A DNA stretch of 64,000 nucleotides from Lachnospiraceae bacterium (lineage in GTDB: Bacteria > Bacillota > Clostridia > TANB77 > CAG-508): the NCBI GenBank assembly GCA_963621995.1, contig CAVFFZ010000003.1, forward strand, positions 12,329 through 76,328, read 5' to 3'. Positions 40,775 through 50,700 of this stretch are shown here, piece by piece; the first letter of the stretch is position 1, and each line of letters opens with the position of its first letter. The notes beneath the pieces were generated by a model. It saw nothing but the letters and a program-made list of their open reading frames with translations, was not told the origin of the DNA and ran no database searches. The translations under genes were made by a program, and so were the position numbers.

Positions 40775-40874
40775 AACGTGGTAAAAGGGCCGCCCCTTTT
40801 TGCCACACTTTTCTTACATAACAATACTTTTTTACATGTGGCAAAAAGGGGCGGCCCTTTTACCACGTTTTAAA
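40770..40874. repeat. Perfect 38-bp inverted repeat with G+C-rich core, 29-nt spacer, filling the ftsW-murG spacer
   Basis: TTTAAAACGTGGTAAAAGGGCCGCCCCTTTTTGCCACA (40770-40807) is the exact reverse complement of 40837-40874. The left arm contains the ftsW stop codon and the right arm abuts the murG SD. Confidence 0.92.
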
Positions 40875-40885
40875 GGAGAAGTTTT

Positions 40886-42004
40886 ATGAAAGTAATTATA
40901 GCAGCAGCGGGAACAGCAGGACATATTAATCCAGGATTAGCAATCGCAAATAAAATAAAACAAGAAGAAAAAAATTCAGAAATCATTTTCATAGGAACAA
41001 ATAGAGGTTTAGAAAATGACTTAGTGCCTAGAGCAGGTTATGAGTTAAAGACTATAGATGCATATGGATTAAGTAAAAAGATATCAGTAGATAATATTAA
41101 AAAGATAATAAAGACCATAAAAGGTTATGGTGAGGCAAAAAAAATAATAAAGGAATTTAATCCAGATATAGTAATTGGAACAGGTGGTTATATATGTGGA
41201 GCAACAATATCTGCAGCACATAGTTTAAAAATTCCAACAATGCTTCACGAAAGCAATGCATTTCCAGGAAAAGCTGTAAAAATGCTTACTAAAAAGACAG
41301 ACACAATATTAGTTTCTTTTAAAGATGCAATAGCTAGAATAAAAAATGCTAAAAATATAGTGTTTACGGGCACACCAACAAAAATAACAAAGCAAGAGTA
41401 TTCTATACAAGAACAAAAGGAAATGAAAAACAAAATAGGTTTAGATGATAATAAACCTATAGTATTGGTGTTTGGTGGAAGCCAAGGAGCACAAGTAATT
41501 AATGAGGCTATAATAGGAATAGCAAAGCAAAAGTTAAACAAAGATTATCAAATTATGTGGGCAACGGGACCAAAGCAATATGATATAATAAAAGAAAAAT
41601 TAGAAGATGAAAAATTAAATATAAATATGATAGAAAATATGGAGATTGTTCCATATATATATAATATGGAAGAAATAATGAATATTTCAGACATAATTGT
41701 TGCTAGAAGTGGAGCAATGACAATAACAGAAATTTCAAATTTAGGTAAACCTTCAATTTTAATACCACTTCCAAATGTAAGTAATGATCATCAATTATAT
41801 AATGCAAAAGCATTAGAAAAAGTGCAGGCAGCGAGAATTATACTAAATAAAGATTTAACAGCAGAACAACTAAACAAAAATATAAAAAGTATGGTAGATT
41901 ATCCACAAATTATGAAGCAAATGGGGATAAATGCTTTAAAATTACAAACAAATGATGTTGAAAATAAAATATATAATGAAATAAAAAAATTAGTAAAGAA
42001 ATAA
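40886..42004 (+). CDS. murG: UDP-N-acetylglucosamine--N-acetylmuramyl-(pentapeptide) pyrophosphoryl-undecaprenol GlcNAc transferase
   Basis: AAGTAGHINPGLA N-terminus, GGSQGA, and ARSGAMTITE motifs. Confidence 0.92.
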   Translation: MKVIIAAAGTAGHINPGLAIANKIKQEEKNSEIIFIGTNRGLENDLVPRAGYELKTIDAYGLSKKISVDNIKKIIKTIKGYGEAKKIIKEFNPDIVIGTGGYICGATISAAHSLKIPTMLHESNAFPGKAVKMLTKKTDTILVSFKDAIARIKNAKNIVFTGTPTKITKQEYSIQEQKEMKNKIGLDDNKPIVLVFGGSQGAQVINEAIIGIAKQKLNKDYQIMWATGPKQYDIIKEKLEDEKLNINMIENMEIVPYIYNMEEIMNISDIIVARSGAMTITEISNLGKPSILIPLPNVSNDHQLYNAKALEKVQAARIILNKDLTAEQLNKNIKSMVDYPQIMKQMGINALKLQTNDVENKIYNEIKKLVKK

Positions 42005-42018
42005 GGCTTTACTAATTC

Positions 42019-42103
42019 TTTTATACAATAGGAAACTTTCCTATTGTATAAAAAGAGATTCACTTTAAAGTTGCATAAAAAATTTCGTGCAAGAACGAAT
42101 TTA
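42019..42103. repeat. R1 element, diverged copy D (hairpin 42019-42053 plus diverged tail)
   Basis: TTTTATACAATAGGA-AACTT-TCCTATTGTATAAAA has the same architecture as 118-156, with paired substitutions. The tail retains CATAAAA..TTT and GAACGAA. Confidence 0.6.
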
Positions 42104-42202
42104 TAGAAAGCATCAATATTTTAAATTTGTTAGTAATTATAATTTGTAATTTTTAATAATACTATAAATTTACTAGCTTTCCGATTTGTTCTACTAAACT
42201 AC

Positions 42203-42231
42203 TTGCAAAATTAAGAAAAATAATTTAGAAT
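42203..42231 (+). promoter_or_regulatory. Candidate topA promoter
   Basis: TTGCAA-17 nt-TAGAAT. Confidence 0.5.
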
Positions 42232-42261
42232 ACATAAGTAATAAAAATAAAGGAGAGCATT

Positions 42262-44343
42262 ATGACAGATAAATTAATTATTGTGGAATCACCTGCAAAA
42301 GCCAATACTATAAAAAAGTTTTTAGGTGGAAGTACTAAAGTTGTGGCATCTATGGGACATATTCGTGATTTACCAAAATCTAAACTTGGTGTAGATATAG
42401 AAAATGATTTTGAACCAGAATATATAAATATTAGAGGAAAAGGTGACTTAATAAAATCTTTAAAAAAAGATGCAGAATCTAGTAAAAAAGTGTACCTTGC
42501 AACTGACCCTGACCGTGAAGGAGAAGCAATTGCATGGCATTTAGCACACATATTAAACATTCCAGAAGATAGTATTTGTAGAGTAACATTTAACGAAATA
42601 ACAAAAGAAACAGTACAAGAATCTATAAAACATCCAAGAAAAATAGATATGAATTTGACAGATGCGCAACAAGCCCGTAGAGTTTTAGACAGAATAGTAG
42701 GTTATAAAATAAGTCCACTTCTATGGAAAAAAGTAAAAAAAGGTTTGTCAGCAGGAAGAGTGCAATCTGTAGCAGTAAAATTAATAGTAGATAGAGAAGA
42801 AGAAATCGAAAAATTTGTTCCAGAAGAATATTGGAATATATATGTAACTTTATTAGAACAAAAGTCTAAAAAAACTTTTGAAGCATATTTATATGGAAAA
42901 AATGGAAAGAAAATAGATATTCATTCAAAAGAGGAAATAGACGAAATATTTAAAAATATAGAAAAAGCAAAATACATTGTAAAAGACATTAAAAAGAGCG
43001 AAAAGAAAAGAACTCCAGCACCACCATTTACAACAAGTACAATGCAACAAGAAGCCTCAAGAAAGTTAGGATTTACATTAAAGAAAACAATGAGTGTAGC
43101 ACAAGGGTTATACGAAGGTGTTAAAGTTCCAGAAAAAGGCAGTGTTGGTTTAATTACATACATGAGAACAGACTCTACAAGAATTTCAGATGAAGCAAGA
43201 AATGCAGCTAAAAAACATATAGTAAAAGAATATGGGGAAAATTATTACGAAAATAGATATTATAAAACAAATAAAGACGCACAAGATGCACACGAGGCAA
43301 TAAGACCAACTTATATAGAACTAGCGCCAGATGAAATAAAAAGTTCATTAACTTTAGATCAATATAAACTATACAAATTGGTATACAATCGTTTTATAGC
43401 AAGTCAAATGGCACAAGCTATTTATGACACAGTTGCAGTAGATATAAAGGCAAATGAATATAATTTTAAGGCAAATGGTCAAACTTTAAAATTCAAAGGT
43501 TTCATGGCTTTATATGTGGAATCTGAAGACAATGTAAAAGAAGGTAAAAAGAAAAAGCAAGAAGACGAAACATTGCCAGAGCTAGAAATAAATGAAGAAG
43601 TTATAAAAAAGGAAATAAATCCAAAACAAAGCTTTACAGAGCCACCACCAAGATACACAGAAGCAAGTTTAGTAAAAGCATTAGAAGAAAAAGGAATAGG
43701 AAGACCAAGTACTTATTCACCAACAATTACAACAATTCTAGAAAGAAGGTATATAGAAAAAGTCCAAAAACAACTAACACCAACAGAACTTGGAAAAGTG
43801 GTAAATAAATTATTAGTTGAAAGCTTTCCAGATGTTATAAATGTAGCATTTACAGCAAAAATAGAAGAAGAATTTGACGAAGTAGCAGAAGGAAAAGAAC
43901 AATGGAAACAAGTAATTAGAGATTTCTATGGACCATTTAAGGTAACGCTAGATAAAGTAGAAAAAGAACTAGAACATGTAAAACTAGAAGATGAGGTATC
44001 TGACGTACAATGTGAGAAATGTGGAAGAATGATGGTGTACAAATATGGAAAATATGGAAAGTTCTTAGCATGTCCAGGTTACCCAGAATGTAAAAATGCA
44101 AAACCAATAATAGAAACAATAGATGTACCATGCCCAGTATGTGGAGGAGTAGTGCAAGTAAGAAAAACAAAAAGAAGAAGAAACTACTATATTTGCGAAA
44201 ATAATCCTGCAAGCTGTAATTATATTTCTTGGGATAAACCAAAGCCAGGAGAAAAGTGGGAGCCAAAAGAAACAATAAAAGTAGAAACAAAAAAGAAAAC
44301 CACTACTAAAAAGAAAACAACAGCAACAACAAATGCAAGATGA
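42262..44343 (+). CDS. topA: DNA topoisomerase I with C-terminal zinc ribbons and a Lys/Thr-rich tail
   Basis: LIIVESPAKANTIKKFLG (Toprim), active-site region GLITYMRTDS, and three Cys4 fingers (CEKCG..CPG..C, CPVCGG..., CENN..C). Confidence 0.95.
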   Translation: MTDKLIIVESPAKANTIKKFLGGSTKVVASMGHIRDLPKSKLGVDIENDFEPEYINIRGKGDLIKSLKKDAESSKKVYLATDPDREGEAIAWHLAHILNIPEDSICRVTFNEITKETVQESIKHPRKIDMNLTDAQQARRVLDRIVGYKISPLLWKKVKKGLSAGRVQSVAVKLIVDREEEIEKFVPEEYWNIYVTLLEQKSKKTFEAYLYGKNGKKIDIHSKEEIDEIFKNIEKAKYIVKDIKKSEKKRTPAPPFTTSTMQQEASRKLGFTLKKTMSVAQGLYEGVKVPEKGSVGLITYMRTDSTRISDEARNAAKKHIVKEYGENYYENRYYKTNKDAQDAHEAIRPTYIELAPDEIKSSLTLDQYKLYKLVYNRFIASQMAQAIYDTVAVDIKANEYNFKANGQTLKFKGFMALYVESEDNVKEGKKKKQEDETLPELEINEEVIKKEINPKQSFTEPPPRYTEASLVKALEEKGIGRPSTYSPTITTILERRYIEKVQKQLTPTELGKVVNKLLVESFPDVINVAFTAKIEEEFDEVAEGKEQWKQVIRDFYGPFKVTLDKVEKELEHVKLEDEVSDVQCEKCGRMMVYKYGKYGKFLACPGYPECKNAKPIIETIDVPCPVCGGVVQVRKTKRRRNYYICENNPASCNYISWDKPKPGEKWEPKETIKVETKKKTTTKKKTTATTNAR

Positions 44344-44381
44344 CAACAAAGCTAAGACTAATAAGTAGCAATACATAGTCG

Positions 44382-44417
44382 ATAGAGTGGGGTTCGCAGC
44401 CTGCTCTATTTTTTTTC
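44382..44417 (+). terminator. topA terminator
   Basis: ATAGAGTGGG-GTTCGCAG-CCTGCTCTAT (2 G-T pairs) followed by T8. Confidence 0.75.
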
Positions 44418-44419
44418 AT

Positions 44420-44498
44420 AAAAAAAGTATGTGCATTCGCAGGTACACATACAACTATGTTTTAAATAACAGTGATATTCAAAACTCATTTATTTTGT
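44420..44498 (-). ncRNA. Candidate ~80-nt minus-strand small RNA convergent with topA
   Basis: A minus-strand TTGACA (44533-44528)-17 nt-TATTAT (44510-44505) promoter. A minus-oriented terminator GTATGTG...CACATAC (44427-44452) is followed by T7 on the minus strand. No minus-strand gene accounts for these signals. Confidence 0.25.
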
Positions 44499-44572
44499 AT
44501 TTAAATAATAATATATTATTTTATATTTGTCAAATTAAATTTTTTTAATCTATGATTAATTTTTGAAAACGT

Positions 44573-44598
44573 CCCAAAAGTACCTGGTCCTTTTGGGG
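44573..44598. repeat. CCCAAAAGTACCTGGTCCTTTTGGGG palindrome copy
   Basis: One mismatch relative to the 22906-22942 core. It lies just upstream of the ABC operon promoter. Confidence 0.7.
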
Positions 44599-44619
44599 TA
44601 TTTTATTGTGGAAAAAAAC

Positions 44620-44648
44620 TTGCAAAAGTTAAATAGTTAATATATAAT
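44620..44648 (+). promoter_or_regulatory. Candidate promoter of the ABC transporter operon
   Basis: TTGCAA-17 nt-TATAAT. Confidence 0.6.
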
Positions 44649-44675
44649 TTAACCATAGAAAAAAGGAGGGGAAAA

Positions 44676-45563
44676 ATGTTAATTACTGCAAAAAATGTAG
44701 TAAAAAAATTTGATAAATTTACTGCATTAAATCATTTTAACATGAATGTGCCAGAAGGTAGTATTTATGGATTAGTTGGACCAAATGGATCTGGAAAAAC
44801 AACCACAATAAAACATCTAATAGGAATGTACAAACAAGATGAAGGTGAAATTTTAATAAATGGTAAGAAAGTTTATGACAATGAAAAAGTAAAAAGTAAA
44901 ATAGCATATATTAGTGATGATTTATACTTTTTTCACGGATATAGTATTAAAGATATGGCTAAATTTTATAGTCAAATATACAAAGATTTTAGTTTTAAAA
45001 AATTTAATGACTTGCAAAAAGTATTTAATATTGATGTAAAAAGAAGAGTTAATAAACTTTCAAAAGGAATGAAAAAGCAAGTGGCATTTTGGCTTACAAT
45101 TTCATGCAATCCAGAAATAATGATATTAGATGAACCAATAGATGGGCTAGATCCTATTATGAAAGAAAATGTTTGGAAAATTCTATTAGAAGAAGTCAAA
45201 AAAAGAAAAATGACAGTGATTATATCATCACATAACCTAAAAGAATTAGAAAATGTATGTACCAATATAGGAATCATGAAAAATGGTGAAATGGTATTAG
45301 AAAAAGAATTAGAAAAGAAAGACAATAATATACAAAAGGTACAAATTGTATTTTCTAACAACTCACAAATAAGTAAAATAAGAGAAAAACTTTCTATATT
45401 AAAAGAAGAGAAAGTAGGAAGTGTATATTATTTTATAGTAAAAGGCGAACAAAAAGAAATAGAAGACATACTAAATAAATACAAATTAACATTAACGGAA
45501 TTTTTACCTCTATCATTAGAAGAAGTATTTATGTTTGAAAATGGAGGGGAAGAAAATGTTTAG
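44676..45563 (+). CDS. ABC transporter ATP-binding protein
   Basis: Walker A GPNGSGKTT, signature LSKGMKKQ, Walker B IMILDEP, and H-loop SSHN. Confidence 0.9.
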   Translation: MLITAKNVVKKFDKFTALNHFNMNVPEGSIYGLVGPNGSGKTTTIKHLIGMYKQDEGEILINGKKVYDNEKVKSKIAYISDDLYFFHGYSIKDMAKFYSQIYKDFSFKKFNDLQKVFNIDVKRRVNKLSKGMKKQVAFWLTISCNPEIMILDEPIDGLDPIMKENVWKILLEEVKKRKMTVIISSHNLKELENVCTNIGIMKNGEMVLEKELEKKDNNIQKVQIVFSNNSQISKIREKLSILKEEKVGSVYYFIVKGEQKEIEDILNKYKLTLTEFLPLSLEEVFMFENGGEENV

Positions 45564-47490
45564 TTATGGAATATTTAAATCAAATATAAAAAGATTTTGG
45601 ATTGTTCCGGCGGTAGCAACAATTATTTTGTTTTTAGTAACAACTTTTCAAATGATATTAAGAACAAATGATATAAAGGAAAGAAGAACAGATTATATTA
45701 ACGATATAATTATCCTAGATGAAGAAAAAGCAGATTATTCAGGTATGATTAATCAACAAAATAGAATAGAAGCAAGTACTGAGACTCAAAATTATTCATC
45801 AGACATAGTTATGATAAGTGCTCCAACAATAAGTGATGTGACAGACGAAAATATTATTGCTATAAACAATAATATTGTAAATGAAATAACAAATAATACA
45901 ACAAGTAATGTAACAAATACTGTGCAGGTAGTTGATGAAGATAGCATTGAGCCATATTATTCACCAAATAATTATGATAGAGAACATTATATAGAGATTT
46001 TATATAATCCAATAGTATTGTTAACAATATTTGTATTGCCAGTACTAGTATCAATACTACTATTTAAATATACAAACGAAGAAAAGAGTAGTTCATTTAT
46101 ACATGGACTTCCTATATCTAAAAAAAAGCTATATATAACTAATATTTTAACAGGAATAATAATGTATGTAATACCATTTTTAGTAAATCTAATTATAATA
46201 ATAGTATTAAACCTAGGAGATATGGGAAATTATTTACAATTTGCCGATATAACAAAGTGGTTTGGAGTTTGTATGTTATATAGTACAATGTTCTTTGCAT
46301 TTGCTACATTTATAGGAGCATTTTGCGCATCTAAGATTTCACATGGAATACTTACTTATATATTAATGTATGCACCAATAGGAATAATTGATTTAACATC
46401 AATAATTATAGAAAAAATGCTTTATGGATTTAAGGGATTATCTAGTAATTTAGAAGAATTTTCAAAACTACCATTTATAAAAATAATAGAGGACTTTAGA
46501 GAAATGAGTTCATATTATTTAGACCAAGCAATTAAATTTGAGACATCTACAATAATTATATATATTACTTCAATAATTGTAATGCTAGTTTTAGGATATT
46601 TCATATACAAAAAGAGAAAATTAGAAATAACAAAAGAATTTATAGCATTTAAAGGAATAAGAAGTTTTATAAAATACGCAGCTACATTTTTAGTTAACTT
46701 ACTTTCATATATGTATTTTTATGATGTAATAGGAAAGCACAATATAAGGACACTTTTAGCCTCATTTGTTATAACTTTAATAGCATATTTAATAATAGAA
46801 ATGATATTAAAAAAGACATACAAAGTATTTAAATCAATTATAGGATTTATAATATATGCAGTTGTTATAACAATAACATTTGTAATATTAAATACTGGAG
46901 CTTTTGGATATGAAACAAGAATACCGAAAGCAGAAGATGTGGAAGAAGTTAGTTTTGAAATGAGAAATGAAACTACTAATTTTAAAGAAAAACAAAATAT
47001 AGAAAATATAATAGACTTCCAACAAAAACTAGTAGATGAAAAGAAAGAAGGATATTCTGAATATACATTAGAATATAAGCTAAAAAATGGCAGAAAAATA
47101 ACAAGAAAGTATGATATAAACAACAGCCTTTATAAGGAAGAACTAAATAAAATATTAACAAGTAATGAATATTATGAAGAAAAAATAAAACAAATAGAAG
47201 ATGTTCAAAAAATAAAAAGAATAACTATAAATATAAGTTATAAAGAGCAATATTCAACTAAAACTATTAGAATAAAAGAATCAGATATGTCAGATTTTAT
47301 AGAAAATTTGACAAAAGATATAAAAAATAGAAAAGCAACTATAAATGATAATGAATATGTATCAGAAGTTGCAAGAAAAAATGATAAATTAAGAAGCATA
47401 TATGTGCAAGTAGAATTAAAAGAAGATGTAAGTAAAACAATAAAATACATTAGCTTTGAAGATATAAATATAGAAAAATATATAAATTAA
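45556..47490 (+). CDS. Large polytopic membrane protein, probable permease partner of the ABC ATPase, with a soluble C-terminal domain
   Basis: ATG 45556 follows GGAGGGG and overlaps the upstream stop by 8 nt, which indicates translational coupling. It has an N-rich low-complexity loop, at least 6 hydrophobic helices, and a ~190-aa charged C-terminal domain. Confidence 0.5.
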   Translation: MFSYGIFKSNIKRFWIVPAVATIILFLVTTFQMILRTNDIKERRTDYINDIIILDEEKADYSGMINQQNRIEASTETQNYSSDIVMISAPTISDVTDENIIAINNNIVNEITNNTTSNVTNTVQVVDEDSIEPYYSPNNYDREHYIEILYNPIVLLTIFVLPVLVSILLFKYTNEEKSSSFIHGLPISKKKLYITNILTGIIMYVIPFLVNLIIIIVLNLGDMGNYLQFADITKWFGVCMLYSTMFFAFATFIGAFCASKISHGILTYILMYAPIGIIDLTSIIIEKMLYGFKGLSSNLEEFSKLPFIKIIEDFREMSSYYLDQAIKFETSTIIIYITSIIVMLVLGYFIYKKRKLEITKEFIAFKGIRSFIKYAATFLVNLLSYMYFYDVIGKHNIRTLLASFVITLIAYLIIEMILKKTYKVFKSIIGFIIYAVVITITFVILNTGAFGYETRIPKAEDVEEVSFEMRNETTNFKEKQNIENIIDFQQKLVDEKKEGYSEYTLEYKLKNGRKITRKYDINNSLYKEELNKILTSNEYYEEKIKQIEDVQKIKRITINISYKEQYSTKTIRIKESDMSDFIENLTKDIKNRKATINDNEYVSEVARKNDKLRSIYVQVELKEDVSKTIKYISFEDINIEKYIN

Positions 47491-47494
47491 TACC

Positions 47495-47522
47495 AAAAGA
47501 GGTGGTGAAGCCACCTCTTTTT
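47495..47522 (+). terminator. Terminator after the permease gene
   Basis: AAAAGAGGTGG-TGAAG-CCACCTCTTTT. Confidence 0.85.
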
Positions 47523-47605
47523 ATATTCTAGGCAAGTTTTCCAAACTTCACTAGAATATAAAAAGTTTCGATAAACATTCCACACAAATCTTATATGCAT
47601 AAAAT
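47518..47605. repeat. R1 element, copy C (hairpin 47518-47564 plus partial tail)
   Basis: TTTTTATATTCTAG-N19-CTAGAATATAAAAA. The tail ...AAACATTCCACAC...CATAAAAT matches copy B. Confidence 0.7.
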
Positions 47606-47664
47606 GTGATAATTTGTCGAAAAAAGAATATAAAAAATGTGATACACATTCCATAGTGTACCCC

Positions 47665-47693
47665 TTGTAAAATCTTTAAAAATATTATATAAT
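47665..47693 (+). promoter_or_regulatory. Candidate promoter of the SNF2 helicase gene
   Basis: TTGTAA-17 nt-TATAAT. Confidence 0.5.
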
Positions 47694-47738
47694 ATATCAC
47701 TAGTAAAAATGAGAAATTTAATATGAGAAGGAGAAAAA

Positions 47739-50700
47739 ATGATAGTAAATCCAGAAATATTAAAAGAACTACAAACTTCTGCAGGAAATGAAAGAAAAGA
47801 AAAAGCAGAAAAATATGTAGATAATAAAAAAGTAAAAATAACAAAAGTAATTTATGAAGATAAAAACAATTTTGAAATTCACTCTAAAGTAAGGGGTACA
47901 GAAATTTATGATGTTCATATAAAAGTAGAAAAAGGCGAAATAGAAGACGTAAGTTGTGATTGTCCAGACTATTACGAACACTATGGAACATGTAAGCATA
48001 TTTTAGCAACAGCTATAGAATTTAGTAACAACGAAAATTATATAAGAATATTTTCTGGAGATATAGAACAAAAACAAACAGATATGCAAATGTATAACAA
48101 ATACCAAAAAAGAGAAGAAAAATATCGTGAATTTAAACAATTAATAAATAATTTTTATCCAACTCATGAAGAAACAAACGAGAAAAATAAAACAAAAATT
48201 ATGCCACATAGCATAAAAATAGAACCAAAACTAATTTACAATTCATATTTAAAAACATTAAAAATGGAAGTGAAAATTGGAGAAAAACAATTTTATAAAA
48301 TAAAAAATCTAGTGGAATTCTATGACAGAATGCAAAAAAAAGAATTCTATCGTTATGGAACAAAACTTGAATTTGTACACGAAGAAGAAGCATTTGATAA
48401 AGACTCAATACCTCTATTGCAATACATTTTAAAGTATGCAGAAATAATAAAATACACAAACGAAGCAACAAACCAATACACATACTATGGAAGAACAATG
48501 GAAGATAGCTATATAACTATTTCTAATACAGGTATGGACGAATTATTTGAAGTATTAGAGGGAAAAGAAGCTATACTTCAAAAAGAGAATATAGAAAAGA
48601 AAATATTATTCTTAAAACAAACACCAGAAATAAAATTTAAAATAAAAGAAGAGAATGGAAAAGAATATGTATTAGTCCCTAACATAGATGTTTATGAATA
48701 TGACGTAATTGAAGGTAGAAAAGCTATATATTTCTTTATGCAAAACATCTTATATAAATGTGATGATAGTTTCAAAGAAACATTAAAATTACTTCAAACA
48801 TTTAGAAACAGTTTTACAAACCATATAGTATTTCCAAAAGAAGAAATTTCAAAACTATTTTCAATAGTATTTCCAAAAGTAAGAGATAAAATAGAAGTAA
48901 GTAGCTTAAATGAAGATGAAATAAAAAAATATATACCAAAAGAGCTTTTCGTAAAAGTATATTTAGACTATAATGAGCAAAATTTCATTACAGCAGATAT
49001 AAGGTTTATATATGAAGACAAAGAATTCAATCCACTATTAGAGCAAGAGATGGACTTGGCAAGAGATATAGCAAAAGAAGATGAAGTGTTAGAAATACTT
49101 AAGAATTCTGGTTTCATGTTGGAAGTTGAAAAAGCAAGATTAATTTTAGCTAACGAAAACTTAATCTATAATTTCTTATCTTCAGATATTGAAACATATA
49201 TGAAGAAATTTGAAGTTTTAGCAACAGACAATTTTAAGAAAAAAGAAATAAAAGAACCTAAAATTGGAAGCTTAGGAGTAAGAATAGAAAACAATTTATT
49301 AAGTGTAGATTTCTCGAACTTAGACTTTGAACCATCAGAATTAAAAGAAATAATGCAAAAATACCACTTAAAGAAAAAATATCATAGATTAAAAGATGGA
49401 AGTTTTATAACATTAGAAAAAAACGAAACAATAGAACTTTTAGACAGTATGACAAATGGGTTAGATATAAACTTTAAAGAACTAGAAAAAGGTGAAGTTA
49501 AACTTCCTATATATAGAAGTTTATATTTAGACAGAATGTTAGACAATATAAAGGGTACAGTAATTACTAAAAATGAAAATTACAAAGAGTTAGTAAACAA
49601 AGTTGAAAATAAAGAACTAAATGAAGAAATAAACTTACCTAAAAATTTAAATGCATCTTTAAGAAGTTATCAAAAAGTAGGATACAAATGGTTAAAAGTA
49701 TTAAATAGCTATGGATTTGGAGGAATATTAGCAGACGATATGGGACTTGGAAAAACCATTCAATTATTGGCAGTAATTTTAGATTACGTACAAAATGAAA
49801 AAAATTCAAAGCCAAGTATTGTTATATGTCCAAGCTCACTTTCACTAAACTGGCAAAATGAAATAAAAAAATTCACACCAGATTTAACATCACTTGTAAT
49901 ACATGGAAATGCAGATGAAAGAAAAAAACAACTAAAAAGTATACCAAAGTATAATATAGTAATTACATCATATGATTTATTAAAAAGAGATATAGAAACA
50001 TATAAAGAACTAAATTATGAATTCAAATTTATAATTGCAGATGAAGCACAATATATTAAAAACAACAATACACAAAATGCAAAAGCTATAAAACAGATAA
50101 ATGCAAACACAAAATATGCTTTAACAGGAACTCCAATAGAAAACTCTTTATCAGAGTTATGGTCTATATTTGACTTTATAATGCCAGGATATTTATTTGG
50201 CTATAGAAAATTTAAAGAATTATATGAAATGCCAATAGTAAAAGATGAAGATAACACCACTATGAGAAAACTAAAAATGATTATAGAGCCATTTATATTA
50301 AGAAGAATAAAAGGAGAAGTTTTGACAGAACTACCAGATAAAACAATAACAGTACTTAATAATGAAATGGAAGAAGAACAGCAAAAAATATATATGTCTT
50401 ATATGCAAAATGCTAGAAGTGAAATGATGCAAGAAATAAATGCTAATGGGTTTGAAAAAAGCCAAATAAAAATACTAGCACTATTAATGAGGCTAAGACA
50501 AATATGCTGCCACCCAGCTTTATTCTTAAGTGACTATAAATCAGAAAGCAGTAAACTTAACCAATGTATAGAAGTAATAAAAGATGCAGTAGATTCAGGC
50601 CACAAGATCTTACTATTTTCTAGTTATACAGGAATGTTCCCTATGATAGAAGAAAAACTTAAAAAAGAAAAAATAGGATATTCTAAACTAACTGGACAAA

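Noticed and set aside
44420-44500. 27-codon Cys-rich ORF (MSFEYHCYLKHSCMCTCECTYFFYEKK) within the candidate minus-strand small RNA.
   Set aside because: It has no SD, and the reading frame runs through the terminator stem. The Cys codons arise from the TGT/TGC content of the hairpin.
47613-47621. Perfect Spo0A-box TTTGTCGAA inside R1 copy C; related GGTCGAA in copy B and ACGACAAA upstream of spoIIE.
   Set aside because: The 7-mer core is expected several times by chance in 64 kb of AT-rich DNA. It is not conserved among the R1 copies.
47551-47844. 97-aa minus-strand ORF spanning the SNF2 promoter region and R1 copy C.
   Set aside because: It is extremely F/L-rich, overlaps a repeat element, a promoter and the start of a confident gene, and has no SD.
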